From: Octopus sinensis
Taxonomy: Eukaryota
NCBI RefSeq assembly: GCF_006345805.1
Contig: NW_021831836.1
Coordinates: 1 to 64,000, forward strand
Reading direction: 5' to 3'
DNA: 64,000 nt
Shown here: piece by piece, positions 26,598 through 39,966 of the stretch
Layout: every line of letters begins with the position of its first letter
Numbering within the stretch: position 1 is the stretch's first letter
Notes under the pieces: model-generated
The model's input: the letters and a program-made list of their open reading frames with translations, nothing else
The model's database searches: none
Told to the model about the DNA's origin: nothing
Translations under genes and position numbers: made by a program

Positions 26598-27353
26598 CAT
26601 ACATATATACACATACACATACACATACATATATACATACACATATATATACACACACACACATACACATACATATATACATATATATACATACTTACAC
26701 ACATGTACATATAAATACACACATAGATAACTCTACGTACCTACATATGCATAAACACACGAGCGTACGCGCATATTTACATATACACATACACATACAC
26801 ACGCATATATATACATACATACATACACATACACACATGTATACACACACACACATATATATATATATATTTATATATACATATACATACATATACACAT
26901 ATATATATATATATACATATATATACACATATACATATATATATACACATATATACACATACACACATATACACATATATATACACACACACACACACAT
27001 ACATACACACATACATACACATATACATACATATACACACACGTATACACATATACATATACATATACACATACACACACATATATATAAATGTGTGCAA
27101 ACATACATACATTCTCATACAAGCAGACAGACACACTTACATTTACATATATACACACACTTACACACATATATACATACACATATACATACATACATAC
27201 ATACATACATACGTATATGCATACATACACACACACACATATATATATATATATACATACATACATACATATACACATACCCATACATATATATACACAC
27301 ATATACATATACACATGCACATACTTATATCTCTACATACTCGCATATACATA

Positions 27354-27387
<34 letters not shown>

Positions 27388-27685
27388 ATATATATATATA
27401 ATATATAATATAATATATTACATATACACACACATACATATACCTATATACATGTATATATACACACATACACATATATACACATCTACAATTTGTATCT
27501 ACACTCACATACCTGCACATACACATAACTCTACATACCTACATATACATCGACATACTCGCGTACACTCATATATATACACATATATACATATACACAC
27601 ACACATACATATACATATACATATACATACATATACATAAACATACACATACATAATACACATATACACACACATACATATATGC

Positions 27686-27724
<39 letters not shown>

Positions 27725-27763
27725 TATACACACACATACATATATGCATATATATATATATAT

Positions 27764-27801
<38 letters not shown>

Positions 27802-28289
27802 TATATATATATACATATATATATACATACATACATACATACACATATACATACATGTACATATACACATACACCCACATATATATACACACACATACAT
27901 ATATCAACAATTGAGGGTAAAGTTAATTAGTTATTAATCAATTTCACCAAGTATTCAGTATGTAAAAGGACCATTATTTTTATGAGTAAACAATGTCTGA
28001 GGGAAAATATTCTCTAAGTAGTGGAAGAGGCTAAAAAACTTTTTTGGCTGCTATCTCTAGAAAGTTCAGTATGCGGCAAAGCAATCCACTTCACTAAGCC
28101 CTAATTATATAATATTTTATACATACATACACATACATACACACATACATATACACATACATATGCATACACACATGATACACATATACAAGCGTGCACA
28201 TACAATATGTGAGAGGTCTTAGGAGAAAAGGTAATCGGGGGTGCTAGGGGAACGGTGGGTTTGGGGGGGTTTTTGTGGGTGGGGTGTCA

Positions 28290-28790
28290 TCAATCTGGTT
28301 GCCGGGTAGGTCTATAGTTCTTGTAGTTCGCATACTTCTTATGCATACAATTTGGGGAGTGTTCTGAGATTTTGTTAAGGAGAGGGCCTTTGGCGAACAA
28401 GATCTCTAGGCTCTCCGATATGCAGAGGTCACAGCAGGTATGGCCTCCTGTGTACGAGCGCGCCTTCTGTAGTAGTTTCCACTTGGTCTTGAAGGGGATG
28501 GAGTTCCTTTTAAGGTAACAGATGTGGGCGGCGAGGGTAGTTTGGTTGGATTTATCCTGTCGCCGGAACGAGTGTGTGTGTGCGTACCAACGGGTCTTAA
28601 AGCTGTTTGACGTCATTCCTATGTAGGATTTTCTTTTATCGTCAGGGCCTGATCTTACCTCGCATGTATATACTAGGTCCCTCTGTAGGCAGTTGTTGTT
28701 GAGGGGGCAGGTGGTTTTATCAGGGCAGTTGCAATTGCTATTGGACGTTGGATGGGCCTCGGAAAAAGTAGATATGTTAAGTTTTTTCAC
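28290..28790 (-). pseudogene. PLE GIY-YIG endonuclease domain, left copy, in line with RT
   Basis: CNCPDKTTCPLNNNC, LVYTCEV, SYIGMTSNSFKTRWYAH, CCDLCISE, LLNKISE. Confidence 0.9.
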
Positions 28791-30266
28791 ATTGTTGTTG
28801 GCTAGGTTCCTGGCTAGATTGGGCGTTGTAGAGTAGGAGAGTCTATAGTGTTCTTATTTAGGATAGTGTAGTACTTATGTTGGGTGGGGAAGTTTTTCTG
28901 TAGGAGAGTGAAGAAGATTTTTGCTACAGTGTAGCGACCTCATGTTTGAAGGGGGGGTTGTACCAGCTAATGTGTCTTCGTCTATTTTTCCTGGGTTGGC
29001 GTGGGGCTATACTAGTATAGGTAATCTTATCTTTGAAGCCACTGCGGGCCAGGGCCTCGTTGTAATAGGGGGCTGCGCGGCCTTAAAGATATCTTCCGTG
29101 GCGGACAGGCTAGAAATTCTAATTGAGACACTTTTTACTAGGTTATCTAATATATTTTTGGGGTGGTTGGAATTAATATCTTATATTTAAGGGATTCATT
29201 CGTTTGTGGTACGGGTAATAAAGTGAGGTTTTTAAGTCGAGGGTGACATCAAGGAAGTTAGCTTTAGTTAAGTTGGATTCTAAGGTAGTCCTAAGGCCTA
29301 AGTTTTTAAAGAAGGTGTAAAGATTCTTCCGGAACCCATCCGTGGTCCTGGGGTTTATTTTGTGGAGGGCGAAAAGGCCGTCATCGCGGTAAAGACCACC
29401 GGAGAGGCCTGTGAATAGGGTTTTCAGCCTATGGAGGATGAAAAGGCCCACTAGGTCACTTATTTCAGCAGAGTCGTTAGCACCCATGCTGACGTCGAAG
29501 GGGGTCACAGATTTTTTGTTGATCCAGTGGGATCCGTCATAGAGAAGAAAAGTCTTACGTGCGTGGAGGATCACATCTTGCTCGGCCCTCGTGATGTGGA
29601 AGACCTCCTGGCGAAGTTAATCGCGTCGATCAGCAAGCTCTCCGATATGGAGGCGTAGTAATCCTCGATATCCAGTTGTAGGAATCGGGTGTTGCTTTTA
29701 TCAGGTAAATCCCGGAACCAGGTTATTGCCTCGGAGGTCCTATTCCAGAGTGGAAGGGGTGAAGCTTCACGCATTTTTGGTAAAATCCTGTTCAGGATCT
29801 TCTTGCTGACGGATCCGATGTCAGACTTGGTTGGGTTAATCAAACGGACCGACGGTTTATTTTCGAAATGGTCTTTGTGGTCTTTCAGGGTGAAGTGTGG
29901 GGACTTCACCCTCAGGGGTTCAGTTCGGTCATCGATTTTAAGGGAGGTGGCAATCTCTTTCCCGGCTAAATTGGTTTCAGTTAGCGCTGCGTCGTCTACT
30001 TTCTTGTACTTAGCTGTGATGGCGTTATCGGCTAGTCTGTTGTAGGTATCCGGAGTCACCGCGTAAATATTTTTTGTCTTGTCTGAAGGGACATGGAGGT
30101 TCTGGGAGCTTTTCATTTTCGAAAGCTTCTCATTCAGTTCCGTTTGGAAAGGTAGGTTGACTCTCCTGAATTTGATGTTTTTTATCATGAGGAAGAGGTC
30201 TTCTTCAAACGGTTCAAGTAGGCTGTTGGTAGGAGGGGCCTTATTTGATTTGAAGCCGTACTTATC
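28791..30266 (-). pseudogene. PLE reverse transcriptase and linker, 5'-truncated and frameshifted
   Basis: FTLKDHK, VRLINPTKS, LDIEDYYASI, MGANDSAEISDLVG, LYRDDGL, FLDVTLDL, then SNHP and WYNPP-type linker motifs. Confidence 0.9.
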
Positions 30267-30714
30267 CAATTGCAACTGCCCTGATAAAACCACCTGCCCC
30301 CTCAACAACAACTGCCTACAGAGGGACCTAGTATATACATGCGAGGTAAGATCAGGCCCTGACGATAAAAGAAAATCCCACATAGGAATGACGTCAAACA
30401 GCTTTAAGACCCGTTGGTACGCACACACACACTCGTTCCGGCGACAGGATAAATCCAACCAAACTACCCTCGCCGCCCACATCTGGTACCTTAAAAGGAA
30501 CTCCATCCCCTTCAAGACCAAGTGGAAACTACTACAGAAGGCGCGCTCGTACACAGGAGGCCATACCTGCTGTGACCTCTGCATATCGGAGAACCTAGAG
30601 ATCTTGTTCGCCAAAGGCCCTCTCCTTAACAAAATCTCAGAACACTCCCCAAATTGTATGCATAAGAAGTATGCGAACTACAAGAACTATAGACCTACCC
30701 GGCAACCAGATTGA
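30267..30714 (+). pseudogene. Inverted second copy of the GIY-YIG domain
   Basis: Near-identical to 28290-28737. It reads SHIG instead of SYIG, IWY instead of ICY, and ENL instead of ESL. Confidence 0.92.
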
Positions 30715-31210
30715 TGACACCCCACCCACAAAAACCCCCCCAAACCCACCGTTCCCCTAGCACCCCCGATTACCTTTTCTCCTAAGACCTCTCACATATT
30801 GTATGTGCACGCTTGTATATGTGTATCATGTGTGTATGCATATGTATGTGTATCTGTATGTGTGTATGTATGTGTATGTATGTATAAAATATTATATAAT
30901 TAGGGCTTAGTGAAATGGATTGCTTTGCCGAATACTGAACTTTCTAGAAATAGCAGCCAAAAAAGTTTTTTAGCCTCTTCCACTACTTAGAGAATATTTT
31001 CCCTCAGACATTGTTTACTCATAAAAATAATGGTCCTTTTACATACTGAATACTTGGTGAAATTGATTAATAACTAATTAACTTTACCCTCAATTGTTGA
31101 TATATGTATGTGTGTGTATATATATGTGGGTGTATGTGTATATGTACATGTATGTATATGTGTATGTATGTATGTATGTATGTATATATATATGTATATA
31201 TATATATGTA

Positions 31211-31251
<41 letters not shown>

Positions 31252-31494
31252 GCATATATGTATGTGTGTGTATATGTGTATTATGTATGTGTATGTATAT
31301 GTATATGTATGTGTGTGTGTATATGTATATATGTGTATATATATGAGTGTACGCGAGTATGTCGATGTATATGTAGGTATGTAGAGTTATGTGTATGTGC
31401 AGGTATGTGAGTGTAGATACAATTGTAGATGTGTATATATGTGTATGTGTGTATATATACATGTATATGGGTATATGTATGTGTGTGTATATGT

Positions 31495-31546
<52 letters not shown>

Positions 31547-32329
31547 AATATATATATATTATATGTATATGCGAGTATGTAGAGATATAAGTATGTGCAT
31601 GTGTATATGTATGTGTGTGTATATATATGTATGGGTATGTGTATATGTATGTATGTATGTATATATATATATATATGTGTATGTGTGTGTGTGTATGTAT
31701 GCATATACGTATGTATGTATGTATGTATGTATATGTGTATGTATATATGTGTGTAAGTGTGTGTATATATGTAAATGTAAGTGTGTCTGTCTGCTTGTAT
31801 GAGAATGTATGTATGTTTGCACACATTTATATATATGTGTGTATGTGTATATGTATATGTATATGTGTATACGTGTGTGTATATGTATGTATATGTGTAT
31901 GTATGTGTGTATGTATGTGTGTGTGTGTGTGTGTATATATATGTGTATATGTGTGTATGTGTATATATGTGTATATATATATGTATATGTGTATATATAT
32001 GTATATATATATATATATGTGTATTATATGTATTATATGTATATAAATATATATATATATATGTGGTGTGTGTATACATGTGTGTATGTGTATGTATGTA
32101 TGTATATATATGCGTGTGTATGTGTATGTGTATATGTAAATATGCGCGTACGCTCGTGTGTTTATGCATATGTAGGTACGTAGAGTTATCTATGTGTGTA
32201 TTTATATGTACATGTGTGTAAGTATGTATATATATGTATATATGTATGGTGTATGTGTGTGTGTGTATATATATGTGTATGTATATATGTATGTGTATGT
32301 GTATATATGTATGTATATGTATATATATA

Positions 32330-35300
32330 CTAGCAGCATAGCCCGGCGTTGCCCGGGTATGTAAGAGCCCCTAGTAGGCAACGACTAATCCCAATGTAGT
32401 CCTTTCCCTCCAGGGAACGAAGGTGCATGTGGACGTTGCAATGTCTTGTCTTCACTGAATACTTCTGTATATACGATGTTCCTAGCTGTCCGTTTGGGCG
32501 AAAACATGAAAACATCATTGCGCCTCCCAACGCGTGAACAGCCCACGTAGAGTTGAACGTGGGCGAAGCACTGTTCGCCCAAATGTAACCCAGCGACTTG
32601 TAGCGTTTGGCCTTGGGGTTTATTGATGGACATTGCGAAGCAGAGTTTAACAGGAAACTGAGAACGCCTGAAGTGGATGGTAGGTCAGCGCCCGACGGTT
32701 GAAGGTGCATCCGTGGAATGAAGACGTCCTCTCCCTTCCCACAACCGGTAAGTATGTGGGCCGTTATTAAATGTGGTGCCAAATGTTTCACAACCAAACG
32801 TGTGCCGTTGCACTGTTTAGGTGGAACCAAATTCCTGATGAGCATAATGGGCGCACCGACTTTTAACTTCAGGATGTGTGGTGGCAGGCCTGGCGGTTCA
32901 AGTGAATTCAGGAATTCAACAGGATAATCGGCAAGCTGGGCGGGGTCTGCTGTCCTATCTATAGATTGTAGACGTGGACATCACCAGGAATAGCTTCAAG
33001 TAGCTGGATATTGATGGAGTTGACGGTTGTATTTTTGGGTGCGAGAATAGCTCTGCCTGCCAGCCATTTTAGGTCGCGTAAATTGTTTTGTAGGTCGTGA
33101 AGACAGCGTCCCGGAGGCTAGCAGGGGTGTCGACAATGGTGCAAAGTGAGTCCAATTGAACGTAGCCATCCGCATCAGACAGCATCCTATTTTCACCGAG
33201 CAATAAGAGGTCCCTGGAGAATGCAGCGGATCCGCTGTCACCAATTAACTGCGCGCGCATGTTAGTTTGGAGGTGCAAGGGCCGCACATGTGCCCAAAGA
33301 GCTGACGACTTAAGGCACGCGCGCACGGCATCGCCACGGGTTCCTTTTGGAATAACAGGTAGAGTCTGCCTGAAGTCTCCTGAAAGAAGTAAAGTTAATC
33401 CTCCCATGGGGGCCGTAGAGTCTTGCAGGGACCTGTCCAGTGCCTCAAGGGCGCCTTTGTGTGCCATAGTGCACTCGTCCCATACGATGAGTTTGCATCT
33501 GCGCAGAATGTCGGCCTGTTCTGAGTTCTTGGCGATGTTGCAGATAGGTGACTCGGACTTTGCCAGATCGAGCGGGAGTCTGAAGGCAGAGTGGGCGGTT
33601 CTGCCACCCGGAAGCAACGTGGCCGCGATACCAGAGGAAGCTACAGCCAGGGCAATGTCCGTGTTGCGTCTGACCTCTGCCAGAATTAGTTTAGTGACGA
33701 AGGTTTTGCCAGTGCCGCCGGGTGCATCAAGGAAGAAAATCCCCCCACGTTGCTGTCTGACAGAGTCTACGATGGTGTTGTAGGCTATGCGTGGTCTGGA
33801 AGCAGCCGTGGTTCATTATCTTGGACGTACTGGTGCAGTTCCTCAATGCAGGGAAGTTTCGCGTAACAATTCAGCAGACATAACATTGGCGTGTTCACGT
33901 GTGGGTGGTGGAAGCCGTACTCTGTTAAAGCAGACCCACCCATATCGATGACAGCGTCTTCGAGTTGAATGAGCGCAAAATTTGTAAATGAAGTTGGTGA
34001 ACGTGATCTCGGCGGAAGGGCAGTGTTTGCTGAGCCGTACGTAAGAAGTCGTGCGACATGTCATCCCTGTATTTCATCCAGAGACTTAGTGGATCACTAA
34101 GCTGACATTTTTGAAGAAGGATTGCGAAAAGATGTCGTAGGGCCGAATGCGTTTGCAGTAAAGCACCCTGTGCCATCGTGGCGTCCCACTGGGAGTCATC
34201 CTCTAGAAGGCCAAGTCTCATACATGCTTCCCTGAAGGTGTCGCACAGAACCCCATTGACGGTACGTATATTGGCGAAACCTGTTGGACCAGTGACCTCA
34301 TGTAGAAGGAGACGGAGGTAGAAGCATTCTTGCTGGTTTGGCGGGATGTTGTAAACTCGACCCGGCAGGAGTCAAACTTGACGCCTGGGAAGCTTTCGAC
34401 GTTTTTGCCGGATTTCCGTCGAACCAGGTGTTTTTAGACCACACGAAGTACGATGGGACCTGTGGGTACAAAAGCGTTCGAGCGAAGTCATCACGTTGGC
34501 ATAATTTGGAAGAAACCAGTCAACGTTGTGTCTTTAGGGCTGGTGGCTATCTGCACAGCACTTTGCTCTGTGAAGTAAATCTGCTGTCCATTTTCCAAGT
34601 GTACAGCAAGCTGCACCACAGCCGGGTGTCTCCGATGGAGCGGGAAGCCGTAAATGCGCCAAAACGCTTCGTTGCTGCTGAGGTACCGGCCAGCCAAGTA
34701 GTTGGACACTTCGTCGCGACTGGTGGTCCTCTGGATGCTGAACATGGCAGCATCGCTGCCTTTGTTGATATATTTGCAGACATATTGTATTGACCTGATG
34801 GAGCTGCAGAACTCAACGTTGACGTGGGCTTTGAATATCTTCGACAGGAGAGGACAGTAGGGGACAATGTAGCTGTTGTCCACTTGATGTCGCCCAACCG
34901 TAATCGTGCGGCCTCCATTGGCTGGACTCCTTCGTTTGTACAGCGGATACCCATCGCCGCCTGTTTGGGTCTCCAAAGTGAACCGTTTAGGGAATCCCTT
35001 TGAGCAGGCTAATCCGTTTTTGTAGCATGGTGTGTTGGCGTAATTTGGTCCACAGGGCCCGTGTACCATGGTAGTGCGGACAATTTCGTAGAGTCCGGGG
35101 TCCTCATCGGGGTCAGGAATCTCGGCGGAAATGAATTTGTCAATGTCATTAGTCTCGATTTTATGAGTGAGCCAAATTAAGATGTGAGCATGTGGCAAGC
35201 CCCTCTTTTGCCACTCGACCGAAAACATGTGGCACCTGACATGCCCGAAAATCTGACTCTTAACTATCAAATCCTTCATTTTGCCCAAATTCAGACGGAA

Positions 35301-38300
35301 AACCCTAGCAACGATGTCGTGTCGATGGGTGTGAGATTGACCCGGGAGGAGTTCGCGAGTGATTTCGTCGCAGCTGGGATTGCACGTGTAGGTGATAAAG
35401 AGGTCCGGCCGGCCGTAAATGCGCACGTAGGTCAAGGCGTCTTGGGTCCTTTCACGCATATATCGCGGTCCTCCCGTGAAGGTGGAGGGTAGAATGCATG
35501 GCTTGCCGATGTTGCGAGGGTCATTTTCTTGTTGCAAACCGTCACGGAGATGAATGTAGGAGTCGGAGCGAAGTTTGGTCTGATTAAGTTTAATGTATAG
35601 CAGCCTTTCCGATTCCATTTTTGCGGCCATATCGACGGCGAACTGGTTGAATAGCTGACGACAACGAGGCAATAAGTTGAACTCACCCTCCCTGACCATG
35701 AACCGGTATGAGTAGAACGCCCTGCAGGAAACCGTCTTTGATGCCGCAGTAGTTTGATTGGAGGGCTGCCGTAAAGGAATTCCGAAGTGGTAGCCGTTCT
35801 CCCCATAAGGGAAAAGCAATGGATAGTGAAGCGCGTCATAAGATCTGTGAGTCTCGCTGATCCTGTGTAGGTTGTTACCACGGGAGGAGATGATTATGTC
35901 ACGGCTGTTGTGTTGCTCTCCGTGTATAACTGCGGCAATTTCGTTGCACGCAGGTGCGTTGAAACGGCGTTCGTGCTCCCCGTGGGGTCGTTTATCAGCA
36001 TCAATGACAACGGTGAAGTTTGGAGATGGAGCACTGTCCAAGGCATATCTGAAGCTGCAGACGTAGCTGTTGATATCATGAAGCATGGTTTGGAGACGGA
36101 GAAGAATGTCTTGCGGGGAACATAGCTTGTACCCGGTATTATTCCAAGGCGTGCATCAACCTGGTGGTTGTAGTCGGCAATGAAGTATATTTGGAGGAAA
36201 GAAGACTGCTGAATCTCGTCTGGCAGAAGTGACCCAATAAGATGGTAGACCTGTCCCTGCACTTTGAAAGTAGGCATCCAGCCTTCTCTGGGAGGATTTT
36301 GGCCCAAAAGAGGTCATTTGGAATGAGCAGTTGTACTTTCGAATTATTTCAAGGAATTATGACGAATCGGGGGTTAAACCCGCCGCGAGATCCTTCAGTG
36401 GTTGAGGTGGTTCCCGTAGGGGTGGCAGGTCCACTTTGCCACCAGAGCAGCACAAACCAGGTGGCTCTCCGGGCCATTTCTTGGCTTTGCAAAACTGGCA
36501 TACAATTGTCATTGACCCTATCTTGATGTCGTCACGCAAGGAAAGTTAATTGTGGCGTCGTAGTTGAATGCTAGTGACAACCAGAAAGCGGGGGCAGGGG
36601 TACGTACACCACGAATGATATCCCGACGTTTGTTGATACTCTCAAGTCGAGTGCACCGTGCCTCAGCAGATTCAGATGCACGTGCGACAGCGGTAGCAGT
36701 GGCATCCCTTGAAAGCCTTTCAGCTCTCGCCTCAGCACCCTCTGAAGCCCTAGCAGAAGCAGTGTTAATGGCATGTCTGGATGTCCGAATAGTCCGTTGG
36801 TGTGGAGTTTCGCAGATCGAGCCCTGGCTGTGTTTGCGGCGTTAGCAGCTTGGCGAGCTCTCCTCTGTTGAGGTGTTTCGGCAGCTTTGGCCATGGCTTT
36901 GTTTGCGGCGTCAGCATCTTGGAGTTCTCCTCTGCTGTGAGGTTTCGACAGATCGTGTCCTGGCAGTGCTAGTGGCGTTAGCCGCATTCCGAATGGCCCT
37001 TTGTTCGGGGTTCTCGCGAGCTCTGCGGATGGAAGCACAGTAAGAAGCCCGCATGTTTTGGCTGGACTGTTGCTCTTTCGTCAACCTCGAGCGGAGGGAA
37101 GATCTGTACGCTGCGACCCTTGCAAGTCGGTAGAACGGTCGCTAGTAGTTTCAGATGCCTGAGCAGCGGCATAACGGGAAGCTGTTTGCGAGAGGCGCAA
37201 GGCGGTTTCCTCGTGGGTCTCGCGTGCCCTTCTAGCCCTGGCAAGCCGATGCCTTGGCCGTCCGAGGGCTGAGGAGGGTCCTTCTCTTCTTGGGTGGCAT
37301 TTTGGTGGATAGCAATGTGTTTGGCAAAGGTGTAATAAAAAGGAACACGTGGGGTAAGTATTTTGGTGGATAGCAATGTGTTTGGTAAGGTGTAATAAAA
37401 AGGAGCTCGTGGGGTAAGTATCCGAAAACGTATAAAAATGTACAAAAACGGCCAAAAAGCTGGCAGCAATGTGAGTGACAACAACGAAAAAGTCAAAAGT
37501 GATCAAACTGAACAAACGAAAGGAAAAGTTTTTGATGCACACGACAAAGTGGTTTATAATAAACCAAGAGTTTGCAAGTAGCGTCCGAGGACCGTTAGGG
37601 TACGTCAAAAATTGAAGGTAAAACGTTTGGGGTGGTAGTTATAAAGAAAGTTTAAACCAAAAAGTATTCGAATAACTTGCGGCTGCAGCAGCTATTAGCA
37701 GAAGTGGCGGTGTTGGGGTAAAGTCTCGAATGTAATTTCTTCCTGGTAGGAATTGGTTGGATCGAATTATCGATAGCTAAAAAGGTCAAGTTGCGTCCCC
37801 TAGACAGTCTGGTTTGTGTTTAATACACAAATTTGTTTGCTATGTGTGCCACATATGATTAAATTAACCGATTTTTTCCAATAATGTATCCTATTGGAAT
37901 AAAAAGAGCTATATAGCTCCTTGGAGCAGACATGATGCTCGTTGTTAAAAAAAAGATTCCTGCCAATTTGTGAAAGATTTGTCGAAAATATGTCATCTTG
38001 AATTTGAACGCGATTTCCCAAAATGGCATGATTTTATCGATTGTTTCTGATGGTAAGGTATTGCATGGAAAACTAACGTCAGAATTGAGTTTCTTAGGGT
38101 AACATTAAGCTTCACCATGAGTTGGTGAAAATCGATTGCAAGTTGTGAAAACTACCATAGATAATGCGTTGCATAAAAAAGCTTAGATTCTCGAGTTGCG
38201 TCCCCTAGACAGTCTGTGGTTCATGTTTATGATTCTCGACCCCATGTCGAATTTATCAATTTTTTTCAGAACTGGGGGAACTTTTCAAAATTTTCGCTGC

Positions 38301-38440
38301 GTTAGTTTTGAATTATGACATTGGGCTATGTGTGTGTCAAGTTTCATCAGAATCGGTTGAAAGCCGTGGTCAGGGTGAGGGTACGAGAAAACAGACACAC
38401 AGAAGCACGCACAACAAACTGCCGTTTATATATAGAGAGA
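32330..38440 (-). mobile_element. Full-length-type Helitron (family A), 6.1 kb, with disrupted RepHel
   Basis: Minus strand 5' A|TCTCTCTATATATAAACGGC and 3' CCCGGGCAACGCCGGG hairpin followed by CTAG|T. Inserted in a TA array of the PLE right arm. Confidence 0.93.
32385..37038 (-). pseudogene. Helitron Rep/PIF1 helicase, split by frameshifts and stops
   Basis: N-terminal CQFCKAKKW..CCSGG and FKVQGQVYH. HUH Rep motifs PDLFITYTCNP, VEWQKRGLPHAHIL, YVCKYINKG. Helicase motifs [35 protein letters not shown]. Confidence 0.95.
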
Positions 38441-38841
38441 TATATATATATATATATTGTGTGTGTAAGTTATATGTATGTATCCGTCTATATAATAGGT
38501 AACTGCACGTACATATACTTAATATTTATTATTTATTTTTTGAGTATGCATGTACGAATACTGCGCGTATATATATTTTACTATTTACTTATTTTTTGAG
38601 TATGCATGTAAGTATGAATATAAGGAGGCGCGTGTGTGTGTGTGTATGTGTAAGCATAGATATATGTATACTTTTACGCATGTGTGTACTTATGTGTATA
38701 TATGGATGCGCGCGTGTGTGTGTGTGTGTATGGGTACGCATGTACATGTGTATGTGCGTGTAGTGTATATATATGTATATGTGTGTGTATGCGTATGTGT
38801 GTGTATATGTGTGTATGTGTATATATGTGTATATATATATG

Positions 38842-38885
<44 letters not shown>

Positions 38886-39915
38886 ATCATGTATGTATCT
38901 GTATGCGGTGTATATGTATGTGTGTGTATTTATATTTATTGGTGTATATATATAGACTAGCCATCTAAGAGTGTAGACATAAATCTGTAGGTACGCGTAC
39001 GTATGTGTATATACGTGAATGTATGTAGATGGATGTGTATGAATATAACGCGTGCGTGCGTGTATGTGTATGAGTGTACGAATGAGTGAGAGTATGTGCT
39101 AAATAGTGTGCGTGAGTGAATGAGTGCTTGTTTTCCAGTAGACAGATAAATGGACTGGCTGTCATAGCCAAGATGTTTGTGACCAAGTGGCCAAAGATAA
39201 CAAAAGTAATAAACGAAGATAATAAATTAAAATTAGGGAATGGGTCTGTATTTGTATGTGTAATATATGTGTGTATGTGTAGGTTTGCATAGGTACACAT
39301 ATGTAATATTACATGTATATATGTTATGTATGTGTGTGTATATGTGTGGTGTATGTGTATATATGTGTATATAGGGACTAGTGTGCTGTGTTGCATGTGT
39401 GTGTGATATGTGTGTGTATGCGTGTATGTGAGTATGTGTGTGTATGTGTATATATATTTTTCTGTGCGTATATGTATGTGAGGTCGTGTGTGTATACGTG
39501 TATGCATGTGAGTGTGTGTATGTATACATATATGTGTATGTGTAGATATGTATATGTATGTGTATGGGTAAGTGTATATATATGTATATATATGTGTGTG
39601 TATGTATGTGTGTATGTATATGTATATTTTTGTATGTGTGTGTATGTATGTATACATGTGTGCATAGGTAAAGTGAGAATCTCCTTATTTACCTAAAACT
39701 CTATTCCCCCTTTTTTTATATATAGGTTCTTTTTATATATAGGTTTTTTTATTTTTTTATTTTTTTATTTATTCTTCTATCTAATTTAACACTGACTCCT
39801 TGACCACTCCCCCAAGTATGATATTTTGCGCTATGCCGACCCCCAAAAAAGTCCCCCACCAACACCCCGTTAAACCTGCCTAAATGTATAAATGCCAATA
39901 CAATTCTTGTTAACT

Positions 39916-39966
39916 AGCTTCCTGAAGATTTCTCTTGAATGAAACAGTTCTAGTCCTGTAGAAGCT
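39916..39966 (+). ncRNA. Type I hammerhead ribozyme (PLE terminus, right arm), sense to OSTF1 pre-mRNA
   Basis: AGCTTC (stem I), CTGAAGA core, stem II T.T plus TTC/GAA with TCTT loop, GAAA, stem III ACAG/CTGT with loop TTCTAGTC, GTA cleavage triplet at 39958-39960, GAAGCT (stem I). Confidence 0.85.

Noticed and set aside
25311-27930. Many 60-260-aa ORFs on both strands ([12 protein letters not shown]), also at 751-1847, 31067-32221, 38308-39696 and 41011-41460
   Set aside because: They are translations of TA/CA microsatellites that lack stop codons by composition; no domain content.
28290-28790. Selenoprotein coding, as I recall reported for some Naiad-type PLEs
   Set aside because: All Cys positions are normal codons and the only TGA is terminal; no SECIS was recognised by eye.
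34338-36845. Plus-strand ORFs overlapping the Helitron (e.g. 34338..34793, 36564..36845)
   Set aside because: They are antisense shadows of the GC-richer RepHel coding sequence, with no independent motifs.
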